Below, in pieces: positions 26,117-38,113 of a DNA stretch of 40,819 nt. The notes beneath the pieces are model-generated. The model ran no database searches. It saw only the letters and a program-made list of their open reading frames with translations, and was not told where the DNA came from. This DNA is from Octopus bimaculoides (lineage: Eukaryota). The DNA lies in assembly GCF_001194135.2 (NCBI RefSeq), contig NC_069000.1, forward strand, positions 16,152,396 through 16,193,214, in the 5' to 3' direction. The translations under genes and the position numbers were made by a program. Positions within the stretch are counted from its first letter, which is position 1. Each line of letters begins with the position of its first letter.

Positions 26117-26250
26117 ACTGCTGTTTGATGAACATCTTTCGCGCATATTCGAAATAAAGTCAACTTTTTCTGTAATAAATAAACATTTCCACTCTATAGT
26201 GTACTGAGTTCTTTGTTCAATAGTTATTATTTGTTGTTTTTTCAGTCTTA
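26117..26250 (+). other. Gene B probable terminal exon (short C-terminal tail plus 3' UTR; AATAAA at 26153 and 26174)
   Basis: ttttgcag|ACTGCTGTTTG acceptor, homologous to 4035-4160. Stop position depends on the donor used (TGA 26126-26128 if phase 0; TGA 26205-26207 if phase 2). Confidence 0.5.
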
Positions 26251-26539
26251 AGAACACTTGATTCTATGTATGTCATTGTTCGGTTTTATTTCAAGATTTA
26301 TTGCCAATAGAAAAAGAGTCGGTTTCTAACCTAGATTCAAGGCTCCATCATTGGAACTTCAACATCAACAACAGGGTATTTTGTATGTATGTATGTATGT
26401 ATGTATAGGTGCAGATTTGTATGATTTGCTTTATGTATGTATTCTCATGCATATAGTTGCATATCTAGACGTGCTCATATATATTTAAATGATAAACTTC
26501 TGGAAAGTTTTACAGATTTTTACAGTTCCAGTAAACCAT

Positions 26540-27822
26540 GGTGGAAACGACGCATTGAAAGGGACATAATGCGGGCAAGGCAAGATCTAGGAAAATTTGA
26601 GCAATGGTTAAAAGAAAACTGGAAAAATGGGGAAAAGACCGACCGAGAAAAATTAGAGAAGAAATATGAAATACAGAAGGACGGGTTTGATGCAATAATA
26701 GAGCAATTAAAACAGAGGATCATGGCAAAAATACAGAAGATCAAAAGATTTGTGAACAGAAATAAGCAGTTCGAGGAGAACAGATTGTTCAACAATAACC
26801 CGAAGCAATTCTTCCGAACGTTAGAAGGAGACAATGGGGAAAATGTTGCTCCTGATGTAAATCAAGCCAAGGAGTTCTGAAGCAGATTATGGGGAAACAA
26901 TGTGGTGCGTAAAAGGGATGCAATGAGGATAGGAACTATCAACATAGAATTACAAGGAGGAAAGAAATGAAGGAATAAGCACGAATGATGTGAGAGAACA
27001 AGTGAGTAAAGTGCCTAACTGGAAAACCCCCAGACCAGATAGCATTCCTGGCTTCTGAAGCGTACCACCGAAAGCCTGATCATTGCTGCACAAGACCAGG
27101 CTCTCGGTATCGATTCAGTGAAATATAACATCTATAAAACTTCTGACACCCAGAAATGCAGACTCTGTGGATAGAGTGTGGAAAATGTGACCCACTTGGT
27201 AAGTGGATGTGAGAGCCATACACAAAAAGAATGCAAGCGCCGCCACGATAAAGTGTGTGTGTATCTTCATTAGCTCTTATGCCGTAAATACCAATATGAA
27301 GTAACAGAGAACTGGTATGAGCATGTATGTACCAAGTAAAGTTATGCAGGAGGATGGAAAAGTAACGATACTCTGGGACTATGATTTTCAGACGGATCTT
27401 GTAATCGAACACCGTCGGCCGGATATTGTCACATTGAGTAAGAGAGACAAATACTGTCAGATCATTGATGTAGCCACACCAAATGACATGAACGTTGTGA
27501 GTAAAGAGGTTGAAAAAATCACCAATTACTCCGAATTGAAAGTGGAAATGGTCAGACTGTATAGAATGCGAGAGGGTAATGTAAAAGTGATACCACTGGT
27601 GATCGGAGCCTTGGGCTCAATCCCATTGAAACTTCAAGACTTCATAAGGCAACTGGAAATCCCATGCAAGATTGATGTCTTGCAAAGAGCAGCTTTATTG
27701 TGCACAGAGCACATCTTAAGGAAAGTATTATCCATCTGAGGTCCTTGATGTGACTTGACAGAAGACTGAAGATTCCGGTGCATTTTTACCTACACTGTGT
27801 TACGAAGGAATAATAATGATTA
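26540..27822 (+). mobile_element. R4/Dong- or NeSL-like RLE non-LTR retrotransposon with internal deletion of the RT core
   Basis: IEQLKQRIMAKIQKIKRF...NWKTPRPDSIPGF joined directly to LKRTTESLIIAAQDQAL, CRLCG..HLVSGC knuckle, ILWDYDFQTD..RRPDI..IIDVATP RLE domain, stop 27737-27739, 3' UTR and (AAT)n tail. Confidence 0.85.
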
Positions 27823-27859
27823 TATTACATGAGCAAAACCTCAGATAAATCGAAAGAAA

Positions 27860-28290
27860 AAAATGACAAGATCAATACTTGGAGATGGTTAAGAAAAAGT
27901 GATATGAAAGGATGCACTGAAGCATTGATATGCATTCCCAGGAGCAAGATCTGGGAAATATTTACACCATGTTCCAAATAGATAAGGGTAGTGAATCGTC
28001 CCTTTGTAGGATGTGTGGCAGCAGAAACGAAACAATCTTACATATTGTGAGTGGGTGAGCTGGCCCAAAAGCACTACTAAAGGAGGCACGATAACGTGGT
28101 TAAGTTTGTCCACTGGAGGCTATGTGGAAAGTACGGCCTGAACAGAGCCCGGGAATGATACGAACAAAAACTAGGTGTTACCGAGAAGTGACATAAGATA
28201 GTGTGGGATTTTGCAATCCAGTGTGACTCCCTAGTCAAGGTTCGGAAACCAGATGTTGTTGTAGTAGATAAAGGGGAAAAAAGCAACCAA
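27860..28290 (+). mobile_element. Second RLE-LINE C-terminal fragment (different subfamily), decayed
   Basis: TWRWLRKSDMKGCTEALI...CRMCGSRNETILHIVSG...RRHDNV..VHWRLC..IVWDFAIQCD..RKPDVVVVDK with frameshifts. Confidence 0.8.
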
Positions 28291-28771
28291 GGCCATAGAT
28301 ATTGAATGAAATTTATCTTTCTACTTGTTTTATATATATATANNNNNNNNNNNNNNNNNNNNNNNNNNNNNNNNNNNNNNNNNNNNNNNNNNNNNNNNNN
28401 NNNNNNNNNNNNNNNNNNNNNNNNNNNNNNNNNNNNNNNNNNNNNNNNNNNNNNNNNNNNNNNNNNNNNNNNNNNNNNNNNNNNNNNNNNNNNNNNNNNN
28501 NNNNNNNNNNNNNNNNNNNNNNNNNNNNNNNNNNNNNNNNNNNNNNNNNNNNNNNNNNNNNNNNNNNNNNNNNNNNNNNNNNNNNNNNNNNNNNNNNNNN
28601 NNNNNNNNNNNNNNNNNNNNNNNNNNNNNNNNNNNNNNNNNNNNNNNNNNNNNCACACACACACATGTATGTAAGTGTAAGATCTAAGGATCAAGGTGGT
28701 GGAAGTTAATGAGCTTCACGCGATCCGTAGAAGATCTATAAAACGAACTTTTAGTGGTTTATCGGCGCACG

Positions 28772-28806
<35 letters not shown>

Positions 28807-30279
28807 ACACATACATATATGCAGGAGGACTTAGAAATTTCTGGTGTGGTAACAGACTGTGCAGGTAGATTACCAGGGTAAGTTGAAATCTAAACCGTGG
28901 CGAAAAGAACAGACATACTCTAATAGAAAATACTGAGATAGGTCGTTCGTTGAGTTTGTGGAAAACGTTTGCAACAACTTTCTTCTATTAGTATTTTCAA
29001 ACAGCGTGGCTGGTACTACACAAGCGTCGGCTCATAAAATCATCTGGCTATCATCTTAACTGATACATTACACATACACGACGAAATGACAGTAGAATCT
29101 ACCTATGGATTTTCCAGGTACTGTTTCATCGATGTTAGGTAACACCAAGACGTTATGCAACAAAATCTGCTCGGTTACCAAATGTAATTGTTGCAGGAAC
29201 TGGGAATGCAGTACAAAGGATTCAATGAAGAAGAACAGCAACCCATTAAGATATTCTTAGGAAGAATGTCATGGAATTCGTAGAGAAAGGGGCCAGAGTA
29301 ATACAGCTTTCGTTTCCGACCTATTTAACTCTACCAAGAAGCTACTCGTGATGTGGGTTTCTCGAATGCTTGGTGGGTGAAGTATATACTTTTTATTCTC
29401 GACTGCCTGGGTGACCCTGCAGTAAAAAAGGAGCATGGACAAGGTATAAACCTGATAAACCTTACATCGCCAACGATTGAGTTTTACATGAAGCAATTGA
29501 GCATGAAGAAAGTTCAGGATGTTGTTAAGGCAGTAAGTTTAGCCTCTGCTACCGGGGCTCTTTGCAGTAGCCTACTGAAAGCCAATAAGGNNNNNNNNNN
29601 GGGTTTCTCGAATGCTTGGTGGGTGAAGTATATACTTTTTATTCTCGACTGCCTGGGTGACCCTGCAGTAAAAAAGGAGCATGGACAAGGTATAAACCTG
29701 ATAAACCTTACATCGCCAACGATTGAGTTTTACATGAAGCAATTGAGCATGAAGAAAGTTCAGGATGTTGTTAAGGCAGTAAGTTTAGCCTCTGCTACCG
29801 GGGCTCTTTGCAGTAGCCTACTGAAAGCCAATAAGGAAAAATATTAAGATATTTCAACAAATAAAGAAAATGTGCCGCTTAAATCATACTATCTTTGCAT
29901 TCTGTCTCTTTCTCTCTCTCTCTCTTTCTTTTTCTCGTTCGCTCTCTCTTTTCCTCTTGGTGTTATATTCTTTCATTCTATCACTTTGTCGATTTTCTCA
30001 CGTTCACTTCTTTATTTTTCCCTCTCTTCCTTCTCACGTATTCTTAGTCGCCGTCTCTTTCCTAATCACTTTATTTTCCCCCTCACTCATTCTACTCTGT
30101 GCTGTTTGTGTCTGTGTGTGCGTGTGTTTTGGTGTGTGTGTGTGAGCACGCGCGCGTACTGCGTGAGCCTGTGTGTGTAGGCGCGCGTGAGTGTCTTGTT
30201 CTTAGTTTCTTTTAAACTGTTCTTTTTATATATATATTCTACCTGTCTACTTCTCGAAGCAGAAAGAGAGGGAGTAAAG

Positions 30280-30283
<4 letters not shown>

Positions 30284-30357
<74 letters not shown>
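30284..30357. repeat. (GA)n microsatellite upstream of gene C; equivalent tract at ~14125-14400 upstream of gene B
   Basis: Direct reading. Confidence 0.95.
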
Positions 30358-30364
<7 letters not shown>

Positions 30365-30389
30365 GTAGAGAGAAAGAGAAAGAAGGAGA

Positions 30390-30605
30390 AAGTAACAGAA
30401 AATGGAAAATCTCAGCTTCACTCACACTTCGAATTGCACTCCCTCTCTCATTCACACTTACATATATTGTGTTTTGTCATTATCCTTGTTGTTTGACCAT
30501 TTCGACTTCACATTTCGAATCAGACACGTCTTTTCGTTGTTTATTGTTGCTGGGAGCCGAATATCATTTCCCTTTCTGCCTAATACCTGCCTGTTAAGAT
30601 CAGAG
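30390..30605 (+). promoter_or_regulatory. Gene C putative promoter/5' UTR, downstream of a (GA)n tract
   Basis: Alignable with 14400-14628. Confidence 0.45.
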
Positions 30606-30654
30606 ATGTTATTAGTTATATTAATGTTAATGATGGTTCCTTACAATTCAGCCC
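30606..30654 (+). CDS. Gene C exon 1, signal peptide MLLVILMLMMVPYNSA
   Basis: ATG at 30606, hydrophobic core, phase-1 donor C|gtaagt, homologous to 14629-14677. Confidence 0.8.
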
Positions 30655-30814
30655 GTAAGTTAAGATTCACGACAATACTCTCTTTTCAGCTCCGACACTC
30701 AATCTTTCTCTGTGAGATCTCATTCTTACATTCTCTGGGTGCCTGTGTTTACTAAATATTTCTATCTCCTCCTAATTGCTCTTTTTCGATCTCGTTTTCT
30801 TCTGCACACACACA

Positions 30815-30873
<59 letters not shown>

Positions 30874-31360
30874 NNNNNNNNNNNNNNNNNNNNNNNNNNN
30901 NNNNNNNNNNNNNNNNNNNNNNNNNNNNNNNNNNNNNNNNNNNNNNNNNNNNNNNNNNNNNNNNNNNNNNNNNNNNNNNNNNNNNNNNNNNNNNNNNNNN
31001 NNNNNNNNNNNNNNNNNNNNNNNNNNNNNNNNNNNNNNNNNNNNNNNNNNNNNNNNNNNNNNNNNNNNNNNNNNNNNNNNNNNNNNNNNNNNNNNNNNNN
31101 NNNNNNNNNNNNNNNNNNNNNNNNNNNNNNNNNNNNNNNNNNNNNNNNNNNNNNNNNNNNNNNNNNNNNNNNNNNNNNNNNNNNNNNNNNNNNNNNNNNN
31201 NNNNNNNNNNNNNNNNNNNNNNNNNNNNNNNNNNNNNNNNNNNNNNNNNNNNNNNNNNNNNNNNNNNNNNNNNNNNNNNNNNNNNNNNNNNNNNNNNNNN
31301 NNNNNNNNNNNNNNNNNNNNNNNNNNNNNNNNNNNNNNNNNNNNNNNNNNNNNNNNNNNN

Positions 31361-31444
<84 letters not shown>

Positions 31445-31774
31445 TATATATACATTTATATACATACATACATTCACATGCAAGCACGCACAGACCCAAA
31501 ACACACACACACACACACACACATGTTCTTTTTCTTTTACTTCTTTCCAAATAAGTTTTCCTATCGAACTGTATTTTCTATGCATTTTGATCGAATCCCC
31601 AAGGTGTTAACATGGGATCTCCTAATAACAATGCAAGCTTCATAAAATCAAGATATCATTGACCTGGAAAGTAGCTTCGATTGTATTTTATGTACTTAAT
31701 TCCCTTATTTTTGGATGTTTATTCGTATACAGTTCTATATTTAAGAGATAGGAATTATGTATATTATTTACATT

Positions 31775-31912
31775 ATTTACATTTGACGGATATTTGTCCT
31801 CATCTTGTTTGTTGTTAACACAACGCTTCGGCTGATATACCCTCCAGCCTTCATCAGATGTCTTGGGGAAATTTCGAACCTTGCGTTCTCATTCCTAAGG
31901 TATTTTTCGATG

Positions 31913-31915
<3 letters not shown>
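31775..31915 (-). mobile_element. Penelope-like terminal fragment containing a degenerate minimal hammerhead ribozyme
   Basis: Minus strand reads GACAT-CTGATGA-AGGCTG(N10)CAGCC-GAA-GCGT-T-GTGTT at 31862-31817. Confidence 0.55.
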
Positions 31916-31963
<48 letters not shown>

Positions 31964-31974
31964 GCCCACTGGCA

Positions 31975-32045
31975 AATGGCGTAGTGGTTCAAAGCGCGGG
32001 TTACTAACCCCAAGATTCCGAGTTCGATTCCAATCAGTGTCCTGA
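31975..32045 (+). mobile_element. tRNA-like SINE head (not a functional tRNA)
   Basis: TGGCGTAGTGGT A-box-like and GAGTTCGATTCC B-box-like motifs, flanked by (ATT)n and (AAT)n; acceptor stem incomplete. Confidence 0.55.
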
Positions 32046-32056
32046 ATAATAAGAAT

Positions 32057-32102
<46 letters not shown>

Positions 32103-32104
32103 TC

Positions 32105-32968
32105 AACAAGCGCAGAAATGTCAGCTCTTCATGGATTGATTATATTAAAGCCTTTGACAGTATACCATATTCGTGGATTCTGAAATCGGTGGGCATTTTC
32201 AAAATTTTTCCTGTGATTTCAGATTTTTTAAAGTATAATATGTCACTACGGAACACGAAGCTCCAATTATATCATTCTAATGGAGTATTGCGCTCAAACA
32301 ATATTAGCATAAACTATGACATTTTCCAAGGTGACTCACTTTCACCACTAATTTTCTGCATAGTACTAATACCACTCTCAACTGAACTGAATAAAACAGG
32401 GTAAGGCTACAAAATTGACAACAGGAAAACAAGCCATCTGTTTTATATGGATGATTTAAAACTATATGACAAAGATGATGAAGAGCTTGAAGGACTACTA
32501 CACAGTGTGAAAGGATTCAGTGATGATATCGCGATGGATTTTGGCATTGAAAAGTGTGCCAAAGCCACTTTTAAGAAAGGGAAACTGGTAAAGTCAAGTT
32601 CAATAGAATTAGATGTCAAAACAGTAATAAAGGAATTTGGGCAGGAACAAACCTATAAATACGTAGGAATTAATGAAGGCTCTGGTATCCAGCATGCAAG
32701 CATGAAAGAGAAGGTTAGGAAGGAATGTTATAGAAGAGTTCGAGCATTTCTGAAGACTGAGCTGAATGCATATAATAAGGTGTTAGCCATAAATTCCTTA
32801 GCAGCCCCAGTTGTTCTTTATAGCTTCAATGTGCTTAACTGGAATACCAGTGAAATAATGAAAATTGATAGAAAAATCCGCAAGCTACTGACTTGTAATA
32901 TGATGCACCATCCAAAGGCAGACGTGGATCGCCTTTACCTTCCCAGAGCTCAGGGAGGTCGAGGTTTG
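32105..32968 (+). mobile_element. RLE-clade LINE reverse transcriptase fragment
   Basis: WIDYIKAFDSIP...IFQGDSLSPLIFC...LFYMDDLKLY...YKYVGI...LYLPRAQGGRGLL; one in-frame stop. Confidence 0.9.
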
Positions 32969-33242
32969 CTGGACAGCTGCCCAAAGGAATGCTGGACGGT
33001 TGCCTGTATCACTATAGTACCTGATAGGACATGCTAATCTCAGCCCGCCAATAATTAGATTGTGGCAGTACTACACACCCTTCGCCACGTAAAATCATCT
33101 GGCTATCATATCAACTGATACATAACAAATACACGAGGAATTGAAGGTAGAATCTGCTTTTCCGCTCTTTCACTCTCAGTGTCTCCCTCTCCCCTTCAGC
33201 GCACGCGCGCAAACACATGAGATAGACAGATAGACAGAGAGA

Positions 33243-33962
33243 AAAGATGGCTATGAATGATTAAAAGTGATTTAAAACCGGAAACGGAGGCTCTAATCTG
33301 TGCTGCCCAAGAGCAAGCCCTAAAAACGAATTACATCAAATACAGAATAGATAACACATCAGAAAGTGCAGAACTTGTTGACAAAATGGTGAAACCGTAT
33401 GGCATATTACCAGTCAATGTACGCCACTAACCCAGAAAGAATAAAAAAAAAGATGGCTAAGGATGATTAAAAGTGATTTAAAACCGGAAACAGAGGCTCT
33501 AACCTGTGTTGCCCATGAGCAAGCACTAAGAACAAACTACATTAGATACAGAATAGACAACACAGCAGAAAGTGATAAGTGCAGAATCTGTGGACAAATC
33601 AGTGAAACTGTATGGCATATTACCAGCCAATGTACGCCACTAGCCCAGATAGAATATAGAGACGCCACGACAATATAGCCAGGCTTGTCCATTGGACACT
33701 TTGCAACAAGTATGGACTTGACAGAACCAAAAATTGGTCCGACAACAAACCCGAAGGTATCATCGAAAATAAAAATGCAAAGATCCTACGGGAATTTATG
33801 ATTCAGTGCGACCATGAGATAGAGAATAGGAAGCCAGACATAGTGTTAATTGAGAAAGAAAACAAACTATGCTGGATAATTGATATAGCATACCTAGCAG
33901 ACAACAAGGTATGCGATAAGGAAGAAAGAAAAGTTGAGACATATGACAGATTAGCTTGGGAA
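33243..33962 (+). mobile_element. RLE-LINE C-terminal fragment with a tandemly duplicated 5' part (33243-33450 and 33451-33962)
   Basis: Two copies of KSDLKPETEAL..AxEQALxTNYI; the second continues CRICG..HITSQC..RRHDNI..IQCD..RKPDIVLIEK..IID. Confidence 0.85.
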
Positions 33963-34366
33963 GAGGACTTATTGGATGCGAACACAGCATTAGGGGTTTC
34001 ATACGAGTAAATTTATATGTAAAAAAAGAGATCAACAGGATGAAAATACTTAGAACACTGTACCATGTCTAAAAGAAAGAAAGTGTTTAAATTTCTATCA
34101 AAATTTGCTACTGATTTCAGTCGCTTAAAAAGACAATTATGACATGCTGAAATAAAGGAAGAATAAATTTATGCACACACACTCACACTCACCCACTCAC
34201 TCACTCACACACACATACACACACATACACACACACACACACACGCACGCATGCACGCACATACACACACAAACACAAACACACACACACACACACGCAC
34301 GGAAAAGCTATGTATATTGTTACCAGGTATATGTGTGTGCGTGTGTGAGTGTAATACTGAGAGAGA

Positions 34367-34437
<71 letters not shown>

Positions 34438-34724
34438 CGTGTGGATGAGAGAGAGAAAGAGAAAGTGTAATGAACTGAATTTGAATTTTACGTAGGGATT
34501 TTAATATTACTCAGAAATTTCCCAAGTAATTTTGGGAGTGACTGTAACATAGGGAAAATTGGGAGTTTCATTGTGCCCTAAATGACGACAACAATAAACA
34601 TTAAAAAAGAGCATTACAAGACATTATGCAAAATTTATTTGAGCACAATGCAATCCATATTCAAATTTACACTCATAATTTCTATTGGTCATCTTTCTCC
34701 TACTTTTTTATAGTCATCATTATA

Positions 34725-34801
34725 TTCTTCTTCTTCTTCTTCTTCTTCTTCTTCTTCTTCTTCTTCTTCTTCTTCTTCTTCTTCTTCTTCTTCTTCTTCT
34801 C
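34725..34801. repeat. (TTC)n microsatellite just upstream of the gene C exon 2 acceptor
   Basis: Direct reading. Confidence 0.97.
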
Positions 34802-34882
34802 TCAAATTGTTCTGTAAATGCAGTTGTGTTTTATTACAAAACACTTCCTTTGATTCATTCCTTTTTCTTTTTTTCTACACAG

Positions 34883-35200
34883 TTGTTGAACTTATCGATA
34901 TATTCCCTCTTGTGGGTATCGACTTTGTAACCGTTGGTGAAATTGGTATAATATGTGTCTATGATGTGCCAAATCTTGTTGAGTTTTTTCTGGTGCAAAA
35001 TCAAAACCATACCGTTGTAAAATTTAAATACAAGAAGGGTGTCTATGAGAAAACAATCATGCAGGAAGGTTTCGACTGTACTGAAATTGTAGGTGATAAA
35101 GGTCAGGTTTTATGCTGGAATTACAATCCCACTTGCGAGGATGCGACATACTACACATGTGAAACACCTTTGGAATCTTCAAAACCTAAACTTCTGAAAG
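34883..35200 (+). CDS. Gene C exon 2, V-like Ig domain (VELIDIFPLVGIDFVTVGEIGIICVY...GFDC...VLCWNYNPTCEDATYYTCETPLESSKPKLLK)
   Basis: Polypyrimidine-cag acceptor, G|gtcagt donor, 318 nt, phase 1-1, same five Cys as gene B exon 2. Confidence 0.85.
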
Positions 35201-36232
35201 GTCAGTTTTACTAGTTCTATTTGTTTTCACTTATTAAGCCCCAATATCATTAATTTTATCCCTATTGCGTGTTTCTACTGCACTATCGGGAACACATTTG
35301 TAGCATTTGATATATGCAATATTTTACTCTGGTTTTGTATTTTCTATTGCAGAAATATTCTACTTATTGGGTACAGCACTAGTTGTGCAATTTACTCGTT
35401 TTAAAAATTAATTATTTTCCCCATTGAAATTAACTGCAATATAATTAATCCGTTCCAGGCTCCCCAAACCATCCAAAAACAATTTTTTATGAATTTTAAG
35501 ACAGAAAAGGTGTAGTTACAAGTAAAAGGANNNNNNNNNNNNNNNNNNNNNNNNNNNNNNNNNNNNNNNNNNNNNNNNNNNNNNNNNNNNNNNNNNNNNN
35601 NNNNNNNNNNNNNNNNNNNNNNNNNNNNNNNNNNNNNNNNNNNNNNNNNNNNNNNNNNNNNNNNNNNNNNNNNNNNNNNNNNNNNNNNNNNNNNNNNNNN
35701 NNNNNNNNNNNNNNNNNNNNNNNNNNNNNNNNNNNNNNNNNNNNNNNNNNNNNNNNNNNNNNNNNNNNNNNNNNNNNNNNNNNNNNNNNNNNNNNNNNNN
35801 NNNNNNNNNNNNNNNNNNNNNNNNNNNNNNNNNNNNNNNNNNNNNNNNNNNNNNNNNNNNNNNNNNNNNNNNNNNNNNNNNNNNNNNNNNNNNNNNNNNN
35901 NNNNNNNTATATATATATATATATATATGTATGTATATATGTATATATATATATATCTTTATATAAGTATAAATATGTATTATTCATGTGCTTGTATGGT
36001 TATTGCTATTGACTCGGCTCCACAACGCTCTAGGACCGCCTTTATTAAAAAGTTATACAGTTGAACACTTAGAAGCAGTATTTCAAAGAGCTTAGTATCA
36101 CAGATAGTTTGAGTGTTGTTATACACTTTGGTTGAGTATGAAGATTGTAGTTTATATCAGTGAAACTACTCAATATATTATTGTAGTTCTATTATCCAAA
36201 AATTAACCAAAGTTAATTTGCTTATTTTTCAG

Positions 36233-36535
36233 CAAAATCTTTCATGAAGAATCTGGAACTACTTAACCCGCCCTTTGAAGAGAATAAGACATCGATCTTC
36301 AGATGTACAGCATATGTCGGTACACCTTTTGGTCGTCATGCCTTTGTTTGGATTGACGACACTTATAGCGGCAAAATTAGAAATCATCATTATGTGAATG
36401 TTTCAACTAGTGACAAATGTTATGTTCTAGCAGAGTCAATTCATAATTTCACTGTAAAACTGGACGACCTTGATAGCTCAGTCATCTCATGTGCAGTGTT
36501 TGACAACATACTTCATATACCAATTACCTCAAAAG
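36233..36535 (+). CDS. Gene C exon 3, second Ig-like domain (KSFMKNLELLNPPFEENKTSIFRCTAYVGTPFGRHAFVW...DKCY...VISCAVFDNILHIPITSK)
   Basis: tttttcag acceptor, G|gtgag donor, 303 nt, phase 1-1, three conserved Cys and Trp. Confidence 0.85.
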
Positions 36536-37533
36536 GTGAGCAAATGTTTAATTTTCTGTTAATGTTGCTGTTGCTATGTAACCTCAGATCTTTACTAATA
36601 GAAGTTGGGGATTTTGAAAGATTTAAGTACCGTATCTGCATTAGAGGACGATGTCACCATTATAGTATAGGATACAAAGACAAACCAAAAATGGTCTATT
36701 CCCTATCGACTAGGTGATTAGATTTCGAAGGCTTTGGTTCGATTTCGATTTCCAGATTGATTGAGAAGTATTTGCGAGGTAAATGGCCTGACTCTTTCAG
36801 AAATTCACTGTGTGAAAGCAGTCCTTGTAAGGTTGAAACGAGCGGGGTTAATATATTTGCGTGATTGTGATGCAGTTAATGAAGAATCGACAATAGAGAA
36901 CATGTGTTTCGTGTTCAATTCTTAAAATCACACTAAATTGAACATAATATTTCATTTTGTTTATTTAACCAGGAACATAATGTGTACATTTTTACCGCTG
37001 TTGTACAGATGACATTTTAGAATTAACAAATAAACGAACATGTAGTTACTTTAACGTGCTGTTATATAGCACCAAAATAATGTATAATTGGGGAGGATAG
37101 ATTAAGTTAAAGAAATAAGGGAATATGAGATTTACCAACATAAATTCGTGGTGTTTCCCATTGTTGTTAATATTTGAAGATAGAAAAAACGACATATCCT
37201 CTTGTAGAATCTGATATCTGTCCATTTGTTTAGGCTGGTTCGCCTTCAATATTTCGACGGCAAAGTTCTAGAACATTCTATAAGTTATTTGGGAATAATT
37301 TTAACTCACCATTCGATGTGATTGGCTGAGCTACAATCGCCTGGGTTTGTTTATGGCAGCCATGGTAAAAAGCTGGGAGCTATGAATATGATGGTTCAAA
37401 ACAACTGTAATCTCGCTACAATGTCAATATTGCCTGACTGTTGTGCTTTGCTGTAGGAAACATCTAATCAGAGTGAAGTGTTTGTGTTTTTGCTTTCGAA
37501 GGGACAGGTTCCGCAGGCCAAGAAACTCATCAA

Positions 37534-37640
<107 letters not shown>

Positions 37641-37643
37641 GCA

Positions 37644-38068
37644 TTTTGCTTTGATTTCACTTTCCAGTTTGGAATAAAAATCTGTATTAAAACATCAAAT
37701 ATTGTGTTTCTAAATACTATTTAATTTCAATTGTTTACATTTTATTCTAGGAAAGGTGCACACACTGACGGAACTACAAGGTACTCCAGGTATATTATAT
37801 CTTTTAACTTTTGCTACTTTCACTTATTTCCCTGTGGCCATGCTAAGTCATTACTCTAAAGGGTCTTCGTCGAACAAATCGACACCAGTGCTTATTGTAA
37901 CGGTCTGTACTGACGAACTGAAAAGCTACGGGTATGTAAACAAACCAACACTGGTTCCCAAGTGTGGGGAACGAATGATAAGACACATACATACGCACGC
38001 TCTCTCTCTTTATCTCTTTCTTTCTCTCTCTCTCACTCTCTCTCACACACACTCTCAACACGCACACG

Positions 38069-38110
<42 letters not shown>
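37644..38110 (+). repeat. Local duplication unit 1 carrying mini-exon 1 and a decayed SINE
   Basis: Aligns with 39965-40410 (offset about 2.32 kb); 52 of 60 nt identical immediately after the exon. Confidence 0.85.
37751..37789 (+). CDS. Gene C candidate 39-nt mini-exon 1 (GKVHTLTELQGTP)
   Basis: ttttattctag acceptor, CAG|gtatat donor, phase 1-1 compatible with the exon 3 donor, no stop. Duplicated at 40073-40111. Confidence 0.55.

Positions 38111-38113
<3 letters not shown>

Noticed and set aside
29355-29836. Exact 236-bp tandem duplication creating a 164-aa repeated ORF (29353-29847)
   Set aside because: The two copies are identical and separated by exactly 10 Ns, the signature of an unmerged contig overlap; most likely an assembly artefact.
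31975-32045. Possible tRNA gene
   Set aside because: It has A/B-box-like motifs but no complete cloverleaf; the context fits a SINE head.
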